Assembly: GCF_009931435.1 (NCBI RefSeq) | Contig: NZ_CP043414.1 | Strand: one strand, 5' to 3' | DNA from: Escherichia coli | GTDB lineage: Bacteria; Pseudomonadota; Gammaproteobacteria; Enterobacterales; Enterobacteriaceae | Length of the DNA stretch: 64,000 nt | In this document: positions 45,188-56,927 of the stretch, in pieces | Layout of the letters: every line of letters begins with the position of its first letter | Numbering within the stretch: position 1 is the stretch's first letter | Program-made: the position numbers and the translations under genes | Notes under the pieces: generated by a model | The model's database searches: none | Told to the model about the DNA's origin: nothing | Seen by the model: the letters and a program-made list of their open reading frames with translations, nothing else

Positions 45188-47823
45188 TGTTTTTCCTCAC
45201 ACCCTTTTCCTTGCGGACAGCCATTTTCCGGCAGACGCGCGTTCTGCTCCAACCATGCCTGGAGATTATCGCCAAAGCGTAAACTGCGCCACAGGGTAAA
45301 AATATTCTCTTCATGATGGTAATTAAGGTTTACCGTACCACTTTTACCGTCGACGCGACTGGTACCTGTAATATTGGCCTGCATGGTTAACACACCAAGA
45401 TTATCTAAATTAATTTTTGTCGATGAACGGCTAATTTCCATATAGCGCAACCAGTTAATCGCTGAACCCGCAGTCATATTGTCTTTCACCACCGCATCTG
45501 CGGTGTCTTTATCCAGCCGCAAAGTCATTGGTCCGCTATTTGCCAGCCAGCCGTCTTTAACTATCCATTTTTCATTGTTCAGCCATAAAGGCAATGCCCC
45601 ACTAAATGCCCCGGACATGGCGAATTGTTTCGGATTGACGGCGCTAACCAGTTCGCTGGATGAGAGATTATTCAGCCGCAACAGCGCCGGGTCATGTTGC
45701 GGCATGCGTAATTGTTTCATCAGCACGTTACCGCCTAACACATCGACGCTAACATCGGTCAACAACAATGGTTCGTCTTCACTCCACGGATAACGCCCTT
45801 GCAAGTCAGCCGTAATATTTTTCGCTGTCACCAGATTAATCACTTCGGCAATTCGCAACGTAACGGGGCCGCGAGTCCCCAGATGCCAGGCTCCATCGGC
45901 AAAACGGAAAGGCAGGACAAAATCGACACCGTTGACCTGATTATCTGGCATCCAGGCACTACCGCCTTTCAACACACCGTGCCCTCCCGCGCGGAATCCT
46001 TGTTCAGGCGCAGCAGAAAATGCAACCTGGGCATACAGCTCGCCATCGCGTAAGTTCATCTTCCAGTCGGGTGGCACCAACGGTTGAAACACAGTCAACG
46101 ATTGCTTAGGCCACCAGGCGTTACCGCGCAGGCGAATGCCGTCCCAGCGTCCATTTACCTGCACCGGCCCAATCTCACCAGCATGTAAATCCCCTTTGAA
46201 GAGGAAATATGTCGGATCGCGTCCATCGACACTAAATTTTAAGGTTGATGGCGGTAACACACTGCCACCCGTGAACAGCGTTTGCCCGGCGTCCAGTGAC
46301 AGCGCGCCGCTGAACGAAGGATTCTGCACATCACGTACCCAGACGACGGGCTTGTCGAGAATCAATCGCGGCTTTTCTACCGTCATTGTCCCGTATTGCA
46401 ATTTGTCAAAGCCGGTTGAGAGATCGGTCAGCGTAATCGTGCTGTCATGCCACTCACCTTTTCCTGCGACATCCCAGGTGGCATTCATCGGTGTAAAACT
46501 CCCTTTTCCCCAGTAGCGCCACTGCCAGCGGCCAGCGTCAGGGAGAAAATCATTCGCCAGCCCATCCATATGCAGTACGAAATCGCCCAGTTCATTTTCA
46601 TGCGCCTGCAAAATGGCCTGCAAACGTCCGTCAACACCACGTTGGGTGACTTTTACACCCGCTAAAGGCCAGCGGATTTCATCAATATCCAGCGAATCGA
46701 TGACTCTTCCCTTCGAACGTAATAACGCGCCTGGCTCAAAGGCCAGCGTTGGGTCAGTCAGACTTCCGCTTAGCTGCGCAGGTAAACGGGCATATAAAAT
46801 GAGGTCCGCCTGTTTCGCTTCACCGGTCAGTTGCATAGGCAGCTGGCTGTTATCCATGCTTAATTTTCCTGGGCCAAAATTAAGCACCGCGTTGCCCTTA
46901 CCCGCTTGCCCCTGGGTCAGCACACTCAGTCGTCCGCTGACCAGAGCATTCTCAAGCCCTGCCTGCCAGTTGTCGACTTTGACACCCAGTCGTCCACTCA
47001 AAGGAAAACCTGCATACGGCCAGCTCCAGCGACCATCGCTTACGGTCAATTGTTGGCGAGTAATTTGCCACGGCAGATCGAGCAACGGATCGCCGTTATC
47101 CCGTGCCAGCACAATCAATTGCCCGCTATTTTCCTGCCAGTCCAGCTCGGCATCCACCAGTGAAGGCTCCTGCGGCAAGTTTAACGTCGCAGTAGCATGA
47201 CCACTTACAGGAAGTCCATCCGGCACTAGCGGCATAGTAAATTCCCCCACCAGTTTAACTGGCGGCTGATTTTCAAACGCGACGACATCCAGTTCGCTGA
47301 CTGTAAGTTGTTGCCCTTTCAGCTGGCCTTGAAATTTAACTTTTTCGCCCTGATAACGCAGTTGCTGGATATCGGAGTTTAATGCGAGAGAGAGTTTTCC
47401 CTGCCATTCCTGCCAGGGAGAAAAAATCAGTTTATCGATATTGATCCAGGTGTTAGGCAACATGGCCTGCCACTGCGCGAGGGTTTTCGGAGCGGCTGGC
47501 GATTGCTCCGTCTGCGGCAATTTCGCCAGACAAGCAGAATCAAGTTCTACCGTGCCGACGTTCAATAACCAGCGGCTGGGATGAGAAAGGCTGGCGTTTG
47601 TGATATGTGCAAGCTGACAATCTCCTACCAGATAACGGAGATCGGGAATGATTAAACCTTTACGCGTAATGCGTGGGCTTTCATCTAAAGCAATACGTGT
47701 GCCGAGCGGTAGCCAGATGCCCGCCAGCGTGGGAACCCACAACCCGAGCGTCATCAGTAGCGTCAACGGCACAAGAATAATCAGTAATAGCAGCGCGAGA
47801 ACGGCTTTATATTTACCCAACAT
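45184..47823 (-). CDS. ydbH: AsmA-like large protein YdbH
   Basis: 879-aa ORF with N-terminal TM anchor; operon ydbH-ynbE-ydbL. Confidence 0.9.
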   Translation of the reverse strand: MLGKYKAVLALLLLIILVPLTLLMTLGLWVPTLAGIWLPLGTRIALDESPRITRKGLIIPDLRYLVGDCQLAHITNASLSHPSRWLLNVGTVELDSACLAKLPQTEQSPAAPKTLAQWQAMLPNTWINIDKLIFSPWQEWQGKLSLALNSDIQQLRYQGEKVKFQGQLKGQQLTVSELDVVAFENQPPVKLVGEFTMPLVPDGLPVSGHATATLNLPQEPSLVDAELDWQENSGQLIVLARDNGDPLLDLPWQITRQQLTVSDGRWSWPYAGFPLSGRLGVKVDNWQAGLENALVSGRLSVLTQGQAGKGNAVLNFGPGKLSMDNSQLPMQLTGEAKQADLILYARLPAQLSGSLTDPTLAFEPGALLRSKGRVIDSLDIDEIRWPLAGVKVTQRGVDGRLQAILQAHENELGDFVLHMDGLANDFLPDAGRWQWRYWGKGSFTPMNATWDVAGKGEWHDSTITLTDLSTGFDKLQYGTMTVEKPRLILDKPVVWVRDVQNPSFSGALSLDAGQTLFTGGSVLPPSTLKFSVDGRDPTYFLFKGDLHAGEIGPVQVNGRWDGIRLRGNAWWPKQSLTVFQPLVPPDWKMNLRDGELYAQVAFSAAPEQGFRAGGHGVLKGGSAWMPDNQVNGVDFVLPFRFADGAWHLGTRGPVTLRIAEVINLVTAKNITADLQGRYPWSEDEPLLLTDVSVDVLGGNVLMKQLRMPQHDPALLRLNNLSSSELVSAVNPKQFAMSGAFSGALPLWLNNEKWIVKDGWLANSGPMTLRLDKDTADAVVKDNMTAGSAINWLRYMEISRSSTKINLDNLGVLTMQANITGTSRVDGKSGTVNLNYHHEENIFTLWRSLRFGDNLQAWLEQNARLPENGCPQGKGCEEKQ

Positions 47824-48030
47824 GGGTAGTTAATATCCTGATTTAGCGAAAAATTAAGCATTCAATACGGGTATTGTGGCATGTTTAACCGTTCAGTTGA
47901 AGGTTGCGCCTACACTAAGCATAGTTGTTGATGAATTTTTCAATATCGCCATAGCTTTCAATTATATTTGAAATTTTGTAAAATATTTTCAGTAGCTTAA
48001 ATGTGATTCAACATCACTGGAGAAAGTCTT

Positions 48031-49020
48031 ATGAAACTCGCCGTTTATAGCACAAAACAGTACGACAAGAAGTACCTGCAACAGGTGAACGAGTCCTTTG
48101 GCTTTGAGCTGGAATTTTTTGACTTTCTGCTGACGGAAAAAACCGCTAAAACGGCCAATGGCTGCGAAGCGGTATGTATTTTCGTAAACGATGACGGCAG
48201 CCGCCCGGTGCTGGAAGAACTGAAAAAGCACGGCGTTAAATATATCGCCCTGCGCTGTGCCGGTTTCAATAACGTTGACCTTGACGCAGCAAAAGAACTA
48301 GGGCTGAAAGTAGTCCGTGTTCCAGCCTATGATCCAGAAGCTGTTGCTGAACACGCCATCGGTATGATGATGACGCTGAACCGCCGTATCCATCGCGCAT
48401 ATCAGCGTACGCGTGACGCCAACTTCTCTCTGGAAGGTCTGACCGGCTTTACCATGTATGGCAAAACGGCAGGCGTTATCGGTACTGGTAAAATCGGTGT
48501 GGCGATGCTGCGCATTCTCAAAGGTTTTGGAATGCGTCTGCTGGCGTTCGATCCGTATCCAAGTGCGGCGGCGCTGGAACTCGGTGTGGAGTATGTCGAT
48601 CTGCCAACCCTGTTCTCTGAATCAGACGTTATCTCTCTGCACTGCCCGCTGACACCGGAAAACTACCATCTGTTGAACGAAGCCGCCTTCGATCAGATGA
48701 AAAATGGCGTGATGATCGTCAATACCAGTCGCGGTGCATTGATTGATTCTCAGGCGGCAATTGAAGCGCTGAAAAATCAGAAAATTGGTTCGTTGGGTAT
48801 GGACGTGTATGAAAACGAACGCGATCTGTTCTTTGAAGATAAATCCAACGACGTAATCCAGGATGATGTCTTCCGTCGTCTGTCTGCCTGCCACAACGTG
48901 CTGTTTACCGGGCACCAGGCATTCCTGACAGCAGAAGCTCTGACCAGTATTTCCCAAACTACCCTGCAAAACTTAAGCAATCTGGAAAAAGGCGAAACCT
49001 GCCCGAACGAACTGGTTTAA
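48031..49020 (+). CDS. ldhA: Fermentative D-lactate dehydrogenase LdhA
   Basis: 329-aa D-2-hydroxyacid dehydrogenase with NAD-binding GxGxxG (GVIGTGKIGVAM). Confidence 0.95.
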   Translation: MKLAVYSTKQYDKKYLQQVNESFGFELEFFDFLLTEKTAKTANGCEAVCIFVNDDGSRPVLEELKKHGVKYIALRCAGFNNVDLDAAKELGLKVVRVPAYDPEAVAEHAIGMMMTLNRRIHRAYQRTRDANFSLEGLTGFTMYGKTAGVIGTGKIGVAMLRILKGFGMRLLAFDPYPSAAALELGVEYVDLPTLFSESDVISLHCPLTPENYHLLNEAAFDQMKNGVMIVNTSRGALIDSQAAIEALKNQKIGSLGMDVYENERDLFFEDKSNDVIQDDVFRRLSACHNVLFTGHQAFLTAEALTSISQTTLQNLSNLEKGETCPNELV

Positions 49021-49130
49021 TCTTGCCGCTCCCCTGTACGCCAGGGGAGCTTATTCAGATAATCCCCAAAGATATTTCATCCTCTATTCTTAAAATATTC
49101 CTCAGTCAGAAACCGTAATTGAGAACCACA

Positions 49131-49553
49131 ATGAAGAAAGTAGCCGCGCTTGTTGCGCTAAGCCTGCTGATGGCGGGATGTGTAAGTAATGACAAAATTG
49201 CTGTAACCCCAGAACAGCTACAGCATCATCGCTTTGTGCTGGAAAGCGTAAACGGTAAGCCCGTGACCAGCGATAAAAACCCGCCAGAAATCAGCTTTGG
49301 TGAAAAGATGATGATTTCCGGCAGCATGTGTAACCGCTTTAGCGGTGAAGGCAAACTGTCAAATGGTGAACTGACAGCCAAAGGGCTGGCAATGACCCGT
49401 ATGATGTGCGCTAACCCGCAGCTTAATGAACTCGATAACACCATTAGCGAAATGCTGAAAGAAGGTGCACAAGTGGATCTGACCGCGAACCAGTTAACGC
49501 TGGCGACCGCGAAACAGACATTAACTTATAAGCTGGCGGATTTAATGAATTAA
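49131..49553 (+). CDS. hslJ: Heat-shock lipoprotein HslJ
   Basis: Start set at MKKVAALVALSLLMAGCVSN (140 aa, lipobox). Confidence 0.9.
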   Translation: MKKVAALVALSLLMAGCVSNDKIAVTPEQLQHHRFVLESVNGKPVTSDKNPPEISFGEKMMISGSMCNRFSGEGKLSNGELTAKGLAMTRMMCANPQLNELDNTISEMLKEGAQVDLTANQLTLATAKQTLTYKLADLMN

Positions 49554-49816
49554 TAGCTGCCACAGCTCCCGGCGGCAAGTGACTGTTCGCTACAGCGTTT
49601 GCCGTTGGGTAATGCACACATCCCAATCGCCGTACCATCCAGTTGACGGGCAACAGAAAGCGAACCGCCGATCATTGCACAATTTGCTTCTCCACTACTG
49701 GACATCGACACTTTTAAACCTGGCGCTACGTGCGCCGCAGTCGCCTGCTGAACAGGTTCACTACTACACGCCGACAATAATAAAGCGGCACACCCTACCC
49801 AAAACGCTGCTCGCAT
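49550..49816 (-). CDS. ydbJ: Lipoprotein YdbJ (DUF333)
   Basis: 88-aa ORF MRAAFWVGCAALLLSACSS... Confidence 0.9.
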   Translation of the reverse strand: MRAAFWVGCAALLLSACSSEPVQQATAAHVAPGLKVSMSSSGEANCAMIGGSLSVARQLDGTAIGMCALPNGKRCSEQSLAAGSCGSY

Positions 49817-50089
49817 CTTTTCTTCCTCTGATCTTCAAGCCAAACGACACCGCCATAAATAATAGGCAGCACAGAGGGCGGCGTCGAGAGCTGTCCTGCG
49901 CGTTGCCCCGCATTTTTACTTTTTTATGGCTATTTTTTTGCCCTCTGTTTGATCAAAACATTCATTACGCTGATGTGGGGGACACAAAAGCGAAAATGCA
50001 GAAGAAAGCCATTTGCTAAAATTGAAAGATAACTACTGGGCGCGCAGCAATTTCGTGCGCCCCTCATTTGCGCAATGTAAGGGTGTCAT

Positions 50090-53000
50090 ATGATTACTAT
50101 TGACGGTAATGGCGCGGTTGCTTCGGTGGCGTTTCGCACCAGTGAAGTTATCGCCATCTACCCTATTACCCCCAGTTCCACGATGGCAGAACAGGCTGAT
50201 GCATGGGCCGGAAACGGCTTGAAAAACGTTTGGGGAGACACACCACGCGTGGTTGAAATGCAGTCGGAAGCGGGTGCTATCGCTACCGTGCATGGTGCTT
50301 TGCAAACTGGCGCCCTCTCAACATCGTTTACGTCATCGCAGGGTTTGCTGCTGATGATCCCAACGCTGTACAAACTGGCAGGCGAACTGACGCCGTTTGT
50401 CCTGCATGTTGCGGCTCGTACCGTTGCCACACATGCACTCTCTATTTTTGGCGATCATTCCGACGTCATGGCAGTGCGCCAGACGGGTTGCGCGATGTTG
50501 TGTGCAGCAAACGTCCAGGAGGCGCAAGACTTTGCTCTCATTACGCACATTGCGACGCTGAAAAGTCGCGTGCCATTTATTCATTTCTTTGATGGTTTCC
50601 GCACCTCCCACGAGATCAATAAAATTGTCCCGCTGGCCGATGACACTATTCTTGAACTGATGCCGCAGGCAGAAATTGATGCTCATCGCGCCCGTGCACT
50701 CAACCCGGAACATCCGGTGATCCGCGGTACGTCCGCCAATCCTGACACTTATTTCCAGTCTCGCGAAGCCACCAACCCATGGTACAACGCAGTCTATGAC
50801 CATGTTGAACAGGCAATGAATGATTTCGCTGCCGCGACAGGTCGCCAGTATCAGCCGTTTGAGTATTACGGGCATCCACAAGCGGAACGGGTGATTATCC
50901 TGATGGGCTCTGCCATTGGCACATGTGAAGAAGTGGTTGATGAATTGCTGACCCGTGGCGAAAAAGTCGGCGTGCTGAAAGTTCGCCTGTACCGCCCCTT
51001 CTCCGCCAAACACTTACTGCAAGCATTGCCGGACTCTGTTCGGATAGTGGCGGTGCTGGATCGCACCAAAGAGCCAGGTGCGCAAGCGGAACCCCTGTAT
51101 CTGGATGTGATGACTGCACTGGCAGAAGCCTTTAATAATGGCGAGCGCGAAACCCTGCCCCGTGTCATCGGCGGGCGCTATGGTCTTTCATCCAAAGAAT
51201 TTGGCCCGGACTGTGTACTGGCGGTATTTGCCGAGCTCAACGCGGCTAAACCGAAAGCGCGCTTTACGGTTGGTATTTACGATGATGTGACCAATCTGTC
51301 ACTTCCGTTACCGGAAAACACCCTGCCAAACTCGGCGAAACTGGAAGCCTTGTTTTATGGTCTTGGTAGTGATGGCAGCGTTTCCGCGACCAAAAACAAT
51401 ATCAAAATTATCGGTAATTCCACGCCGTGGTACGCACAGGGCTATTTTGTTTACGACTCCAAAAAGGCAGGCGGCCTGACGGTTTCTCACCTTCGCGTGA
51501 GCGAGCAGCCGATTCGTTCCGCTTATCTCATTTCCCAGGCTGATTTTGTTGGCTGTCACCAGTTGCAGTTTATCGACAAATATCAGATGGCTGAACGTTT
51601 GAAACCTGGCGGCATTTTCCTGCTCAACACGCCGTACAGCGCAGAGGAAGTGTGGTCGCGCTTACCGCAGGAAGTTCAGGCCGTGCTAAACCAGAAAAAA
51701 GCGCGTTTCTATGTGATTAACGCGGCGAAAATTGCCCGCGAATGTGGCCTGGCGGCCCGTATTAATACTGTCATGCAGATGGCATTTTTCCATTTGACAC
51801 AAATTCTGCCTGGCGATAGCGCCCTGGCCGAATTGCAGGGCGCGATTGCCAAAAGCTACAGCAGCAAAGGCCAGGATCTGGTGGAACGCAACTGGCAGGC
51901 TCTGGCACTGGCGCGTGAATCGGTAGAAGAAGTTCCGCTGCAGCCGGTTAATCCGCACAGCGCCAATCGACCGCCTGTGGTTTCCGATGCTGCTCCTGAT
52001 TTCGTGAAAACCGTTACCGCTGCGATGCTCGCCGGACTTGGCGATGCTCTCCCCGTTTCGGCGCTGCCGCCAGACGGCACCTGGCCGATGGGTACCACCC
52101 GCTGGGAAAAACGCAATATTGCCGAAGAGATCCCCATCTGGAAAGAGGAACTCTGTACCCAATGTAACCACTGCGTTGCCGCTTGCCCACACTCAGCTAT
52201 TCGCGCCAAAGTGGTGCCGCCTGAAGCAATGGAAAATGCCCCTGCCAGCCTGCATTCGCTGGATGTAAAATCGCGTGATATGCGCGGGCAGAAATATGTC
52301 TTGCAGGTAGCTCCGGAAGATTGCACCGGCTGTAACCTGTGCGTCGAAGTTTGCCCGGCGAAAGACCGTCAGGATCCAGAGATTAAAGCCATCAATATGA
52401 TGTCGCGCCTGGAACATGTCGAGGAAGAGAAAATCAATTACGACTTCTTCCTGAATTTACCAGAAATCGATCGCAGCAAACTGGAACGTATTGATATTCG
52501 TACATCGCAACTGATTACACCGCTGTTTGAATATTCAGGTGCTTGCTCTGGTTGTGGCGAGACGCCGTATATTAAATTGCTGACTCAGCTCTATGGCGAT
52601 CGGATGTTGATCGCTAACGCTACGGGTTGTTCTTCAATTTATGGCGGTAACCTGCCCTCTACACCGTATACTACCGATGCCAACGGTCGTGGACCGGCAT
52701 GGGCGAACTCGCTGTTTGAAGATAACGCCGAATTTGGCCTTGGTTTCCGCCTGACGGTCGATCAACACCGTGTCCGCGTGCTGCGTCTGCTGGATCAATT
52801 TGCCGATAAAATCCCGGCGGAATTACTGACTGCGTTGAAATCAGACGCCACGCCAGAGGTTCGTCGTGAACAGGTTGCAGCTTTACGTCAGCAACTCAAC
52901 GATGTTGCCGAAGCACATGAACTGCTACGTGATGCAGATGCACTGGTGGAAAAATCGATCTGGCTGATTGGTGGCGATGGCTGGGCTTACGATATCGGCT

Positions 53001-53614
53001 TTGGCGGTTTGGATCATGTATTGAGTTTGACGGAAAACGTCAACATTCTGGTGCTGGATACGCAATGCTATTCCAATACCGGTGGTCAGGCGTCAAAAGC
53101 CACGCCGCTTGGCGCGGTGACTAAGTTTGGCGAGCACGGCAAACGTAAAGCGCGTAAAGATCTTGGCGTCAGTATGATGATGTACGGTCATGTTTATGTG
53201 GCGCAGATTTCTCTCGGCGCGCAGCTCAACCAGACGGTGAAAGCGATTCAGGAAGCGGAAGCGTATCCGGGGCCATCGCTGATCATCGCTTATAGCCCGT
53301 GTGAAGAGCATGGTTACGATCTGGCACTCAGTCACGACCAGATGCGCCAACTCACTGCTACCGGCTTCTGGCCGCTATATCGCTTTGATCCGCGTCGTGC
53401 CGATGAAGGCAAACTGCCGCTGGCGCTGGATTCACGACCGCCGTCAGAAGCACTGGAAGAAACGTTACTTCACGAGCAGCGTTTCCGTCGTCTGAATTCG
53501 CAGCAGCCAGAAGTGGCAGAACAGTTATGGAAAGATGCCGCAGCTGATTTGCAAAAACGCTATGACTTCCTGGCACAAATGGCCGGAAAAGCGGAAAAAA
53601 GCAACACCGATTAA
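50090..53614 (+). CDS. ydbK: Pyruvate:flavodoxin oxidoreductase YdbK (PFOR/NifJ family)
   Basis: 1174-aa ORF with two 4Fe-4S ferredoxin CxxCxxCxxxCP motifs and a TPP-binding domain. Confidence 0.95.
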   Translation: MITIDGNGAVASVAFRTSEVIAIYPITPSSTMAEQADAWAGNGLKNVWGDTPRVVEMQSEAGAIATVHGALQTGALSTSFTSSQGLLLMIPTLYKLAGELTPFVLHVAARTVATHALSIFGDHSDVMAVRQTGCAMLCAANVQEAQDFALITHIATLKSRVPFIHFFDGFRTSHEINKIVPLADDTILELMPQAEIDAHRARALNPEHPVIRGTSANPDTYFQSREATNPWYNAVYDHVEQAMNDFAAATGRQYQPFEYYGHPQAERVIILMGSAIGTCEEVVDELLTRGEKVGVLKVRLYRPFSAKHLLQALPDSVRIVAVLDRTKEPGAQAEPLYLDVMTALAEAFNNGERETLPRVIGGRYGLSSKEFGPDCVLAVFAELNAAKPKARFTVGIYDDVTNLSLPLPENTLPNSAKLEALFYGLGSDGSVSATKNNIKIIGNSTPWYAQGYFVYDSKKAGGLTVSHLRVSEQPIRSAYLISQADFVGCHQLQFIDKYQMAERLKPGGIFLLNTPYSAEEVWSRLPQEVQAVLNQKKARFYVINAAKIARECGLAARINTVMQMAFFHLTQILPGDSALAELQGAIAKSYSSKGQDLVERNWQALALARESVEEVPLQPVNPHSANRPPVVSDAAPDFVKTVTAAMLAGLGDALPVSALPPDGTWPMGTTRWEKRNIAEEIPIWKEELCTQCNHCVAACPHSAIRAKVVPPEAMENAPASLHSLDVKSRDMRGQKYVLQVAPEDCTGCNLCVEVCPAKDRQDPEIKAINMMSRLEHVEEEKINYDFFLNLPEIDRSKLERIDIRTSQLITPLFEYSGACSGCGETPYIKLLTQLYGDRMLIANATGCSSIYGGNLPSTPYTTDANGRGPAWANSLFEDNAEFGLGFRLTVDQHRVRVLRLLDQFADKIPAELLTALKSDATPEVRREQVAALRQQLNDVAEAHELLRDADALVEKSIWLIGGDGWAYDIGFGGLDHVLSLTENVNILVLDTQCYSNTGGQASKATPLGAVTKFGEHGKRKARKDLGVSMMMYGHVYVAQISLGAQLNQTVKAIQEAEAYPGPSLIIAYSPCEEHGYDLALSHDQMRQLTATGFWPLYRFDPRRADEGKLPLALDSRPPSEALEETLLHEQRFRRLNSQQPEVAEQLWKDAAADLQKRYDFLAQMAGKAEKSNTD

Positions 53615-53642
53615 ATGCTCTGGATAAGGATTATCCAATTCT

Positions 53643-53752
53643 AAAAAAAAGCCCGGACGACTGTTCGGGCTTGTCTTTTTATATGTTGGAAAATCAGTGG
53701 CAATGCAATGGCCCAACAGAAAATAAAATCTGTGACAATAAAGGCATATAAC
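53643..53752 (-). ncRNA. micC: MicC small RNA (Hfq-dependent regulator of ompC), divergent from ompN
   Basis: Minus-strand sequence GTTATATGCCTTTATTGTCACAGATTTTATTTTCTGTTGGGCC...GCCCGAACAGTCGTCCGGGCTTTTTTT matches MicC as recalled; its terminator hairpin also follows the ydbK stop. Confidence 0.9.
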
Positions 53753-53979
53753 TCGCGCAGAATAACGTATAGCAAATTAAAAGTATAATTTTTATTTTGT
53801 ATGTATTATCTTCGATACATTCACCAGACTTATTATCATTTCAGAGGAATTATTTGATTAAGGTTTTACTTAAGGCGTAACAAATGATATTTATCGGCTA
53901 ACTGAACTTCTCCTTTAGGATGTTTTCATTCCCCGAAATGGGGATAAAAGGCAAATAAAATAACTAAAGGATTTATTCA

Positions 53980-55113
53980 ATGAAAAGCAAAGTACTGGCA
54001 CTTTTAATTCCTGCCCTGCTCGCCGCAGGTGCTGCACATGCAGCCGAAGTTTATAATAAAGACGGCAACAAATTAGATCTGTATGGCAAAGTTGATGGCC
54101 TGCATTATTTTTCTGATAATTCAGCGAAAGATGGCGACCAGAGCTATGCGCGTCTGGGTTTTAAAGGCGAAACCCAAATTAACGATCAACTTACTGGCTA
54201 CGGTCAATGGGAATACAATATTCAGGCAAACAACACTGAATCTTCAAAAAACCAGTCATGGACCCGTCTGGCATTTGCCGGACTGAAATTTGCAAATTAC
54301 GGTTCTTTCGATTACGGACGTAATTATGGCGTACTGTACGACATCGAAGGCTGGACCGATATGCTGCCTGAATTTGGCGGTGACTCTTATACCAATGCAG
54401 ACAACTTTATGACTGGTCGTGCCAATGGCGTCGCGACTTATCGTAACACTGATTTCTTCGGTCTGGTAAATGGTCTGAACTTCGCGGTGCAGTATCAAGG
54501 TAACAACGAAGGAGCCAGTAATGGTCAGGAAGGCACCAACAACGGACGTGATGTTCGCCATGAAAACGGTGACGGCTGGGGTCTTTCCACAACATATGAT
54601 TTAGGCATGGGCTTTAGCGCTGGTGCGGCATACACCTCTTCTGACCGCACCAATGACCAGGTTAACCATACTGCGGCTGATGGTGATAAAGCAGACGCGT
54701 GGACTGCTGGGCTAAAATACGATGCTAACAATATTTACCTGGCAACCATGTATTCAGAAACGCGTAATATGACCCCGTTTGGCGACAGCGATTATGCTGT
54801 TGCAAACAAAACCCAGAACTTTGAAGTCACTGCACAGTACCAGTTTGATTCTGGTCTGCGTCCGGCAGTCTCTTTCCTGATGTCTAAAGGCCGTGACCTG
54901 CACGCTGCCGGTGGTGCAGACAACCCGGCAGGTGTTGATGATAAAGATCTGGTTAAATACGCCGATGTTGGCGCGACTTACTATTTCAACAAAAATATGT
55001 CCACCTACGTTGACTATAAAATCAACCTGTTGGATGAAGATGACAGCTTCTACGCTGCCAACGGCATCTCTACCGATGATATTGTCGCTTTAGGTCTGGT
55101 TTATCAGTTCTAA
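53980..55113 (+). CDS. ompN: Outer-membrane porin OmpN
   Basis: 377-aa general-porin ORF with signal peptide and C-terminal ...LGLVYQF. Confidence 0.95.
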   Translation: MKSKVLALLIPALLAAGAAHAAEVYNKDGNKLDLYGKVDGLHYFSDNSAKDGDQSYARLGFKGETQINDQLTGYGQWEYNIQANNTESSKNQSWTRLAFAGLKFANYGSFDYGRNYGVLYDIEGWTDMLPEFGGDSYTNADNFMTGRANGVATYRNTDFFGLVNGLNFAVQYQGNNEGASNGQEGTNNGRDVRHENGDGWGLSTTYDLGMGFSAGAAYTSSDRTNDQVNHTAADGDKADAWTAGLKYDANNIYLATMYSETRNMTPFGDSDYAVANKTQNFEVTAQYQFDSGLRPAVSFLMSKGRDLHAAGGADNPAGVDDKDLVKYADVGATYYFNKNMSTYVDYKINLLDEDDSFYAANGISTDDIVALGLVYQF

Positions 55114-55121
55114 ATCCTCCT

Positions 55122-55146
55122 GCCCGCTGTTATGGCGGGCTTTTTC
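55122..55146 (+). terminator. Intrinsic terminator of ompN
   Basis: GCCCGC-TGTTATG-GCGGGC followed by TTTTT. Confidence 0.8.
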
Positions 55147-55172
55147 TGCTTATTCTTCCTCCTTTGATCTAA

Positions 55173-55688
<516 letters not shown>

Positions 55689-55695
55689 CACTAAC

Positions 55696-55721
55696 GCCCG
55701 CACATTGCTGCGGGCTTTTTG
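55696..55721 (+). terminator. Intrinsic terminator of uspF
   Basis: GCCCGCA-CATTGC-TGCGGGC followed by TTTTT. Confidence 0.8.
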
Positions 55722-55863
55722 ATTCATTTCGCAAATGTGCTGACATTTTCCCCTCTAATCCGTACCATACACGCCACAGTTTTTATATCAGATTTCTTAT
55801 GCTGGGCGTTCCGGCATGACGCATACTCTTCTGATGCCATATAACGAATTGAGTCGCTTTTAA

Positions 55864-56799
55864 ATGTCGCAAAATCAAGAAATTAGTAAGAAAGAACAAT
55901 ACAATCTCAACAAATTACAAAAACGTCTGCGTCGTAACGTGGGCGAAGCCATTGCTGACTTCAATATGATTGAAGAAGGCGATCGCATCATGGTTTGCCT
56001 CTCCGGGGGTAAAGACAGCTATACCATGCTGGAGATTCTGCGCAATTTGCAGCAAAGCGCGCCAATCAATTTTTCGCTGGTGGCTGTTAACCTCGATCAA
56101 AAGCAACCGGGCTTCCCGGAACACGTTCTGCCCGAGTATCTTGAAAAGCTGGGCATTGAGTACAAGATTGTGGAAGAGAACACTTACGGTATCGTGAAAG
56201 AGAAGATTCCGGAGGGCAAAACCACTTGCTCACTGTGTTCTCGTCTTCGTCGCGGAATTCTTTACCGTACCGCAACGGAACTGGGAGCGACGAAGATCGC
56301 GCTGGGTCACCATCGTGACGATATCCTGCAAACGTTGTTCTTAAATATGTTCTACGGCGGCAAGATGAAAGGTATGCCTCCGAAACTGATGAGCGATGAT
56401 GGCAAACATATTGTGATTCGTCCGCTGGCCTACTGCCGCGAGAAAGATATTCAGCGCTTTGCCGATGCAAAAGCGTTCCCGATTATTCCGTGCAACCTGT
56501 GCGGTTCACAGCCTAACCTGCAACGTCAGGTGATTGCTGACATGTTGCGTGACTGGGATAAACGTTATCCGGGGCGTATCGAGACGATGTTCAGCGCGAT
56601 GCAGAATGTGGTGCCGTCGCATCTGTGCGATACCAACCTGTTCGATTTCAAAGGCATTACCCACGGTTCTGAAGTGGTTAACGGGGGTGATCTGGCGTTT
56701 GATCGCGAAGAGATCCCTCTACAACCGGCGGGTTGGCAGCCTGAAGAAGATGAAAATCAGTTGGATGAGTTACGACTGAATGTGGTTGAAGTGAAATAA
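55864..56799 (+). CDS. ttcA: tRNA 2-thiocytidine(32) synthetase TtcA, intact
   Basis: 311-aa ORF with PP-loop SGGKDS and Cys clusters. Confidence 0.95.
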   Translation: MSQNQEISKKEQYNLNKLQKRLRRNVGEAIADFNMIEEGDRIMVCLSGGKDSYTMLEILRNLQQSAPINFSLVAVNLDQKQPGFPEHVLPEYLEKLGIEYKIVEENTYGIVKEKIPEGKTTCSLCSRLRRGILYRTATELGATKIALGHHRDDILQTLFLNMFYGGKMKGMPPKLMSDDGKHIVIRPLAYCREKDIQRFADAKAFPIIPCNLCGSQPNLQRQVIADMLRDWDKRYPGRIETMFSAMQNVVPSHLCDTNLFDFKGITHGSEVVNGGDLAFDREEIPLQPAGWQPEEDENQLDELRLNVVEVK

Positions 56800-56808
56800 C
56801 CCGGATAG

Positions 56809-56881
56809 CGCCCGATGCGCAAGCTTATCGGGCTACTCTTATGGAGGCCGGATAAGACGCGGCCAGCGTCGCATCCGGCAA
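56809..56881. repeat. REP/BIME repeat cluster between ttcA and dbpA
   Basis: Palindromic GCCCGATGCGCAAGCTTATCGGGC and GGCCGGATAAGACGCGGCCAGCGTCGCATCCGGC. Confidence 0.6.
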
Positions 56882-56927
56882 TCCCGAAGAAGATGTTTAC
56901 TCTTGCACCCTGCGATTCAACATTTCA

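Noticed and set aside
50033-53576. Listed minus-strand ORFs up to 226 aa within ydbK
   Set aside because: Antisense to the 1174-codon ydbK frame carrying ferredoxin and TPP motifs.
53525-53716. Listed 63-aa minus-strand ORF
   Set aside because: Overlaps the ydbK 3' end and the MicC sRNA.
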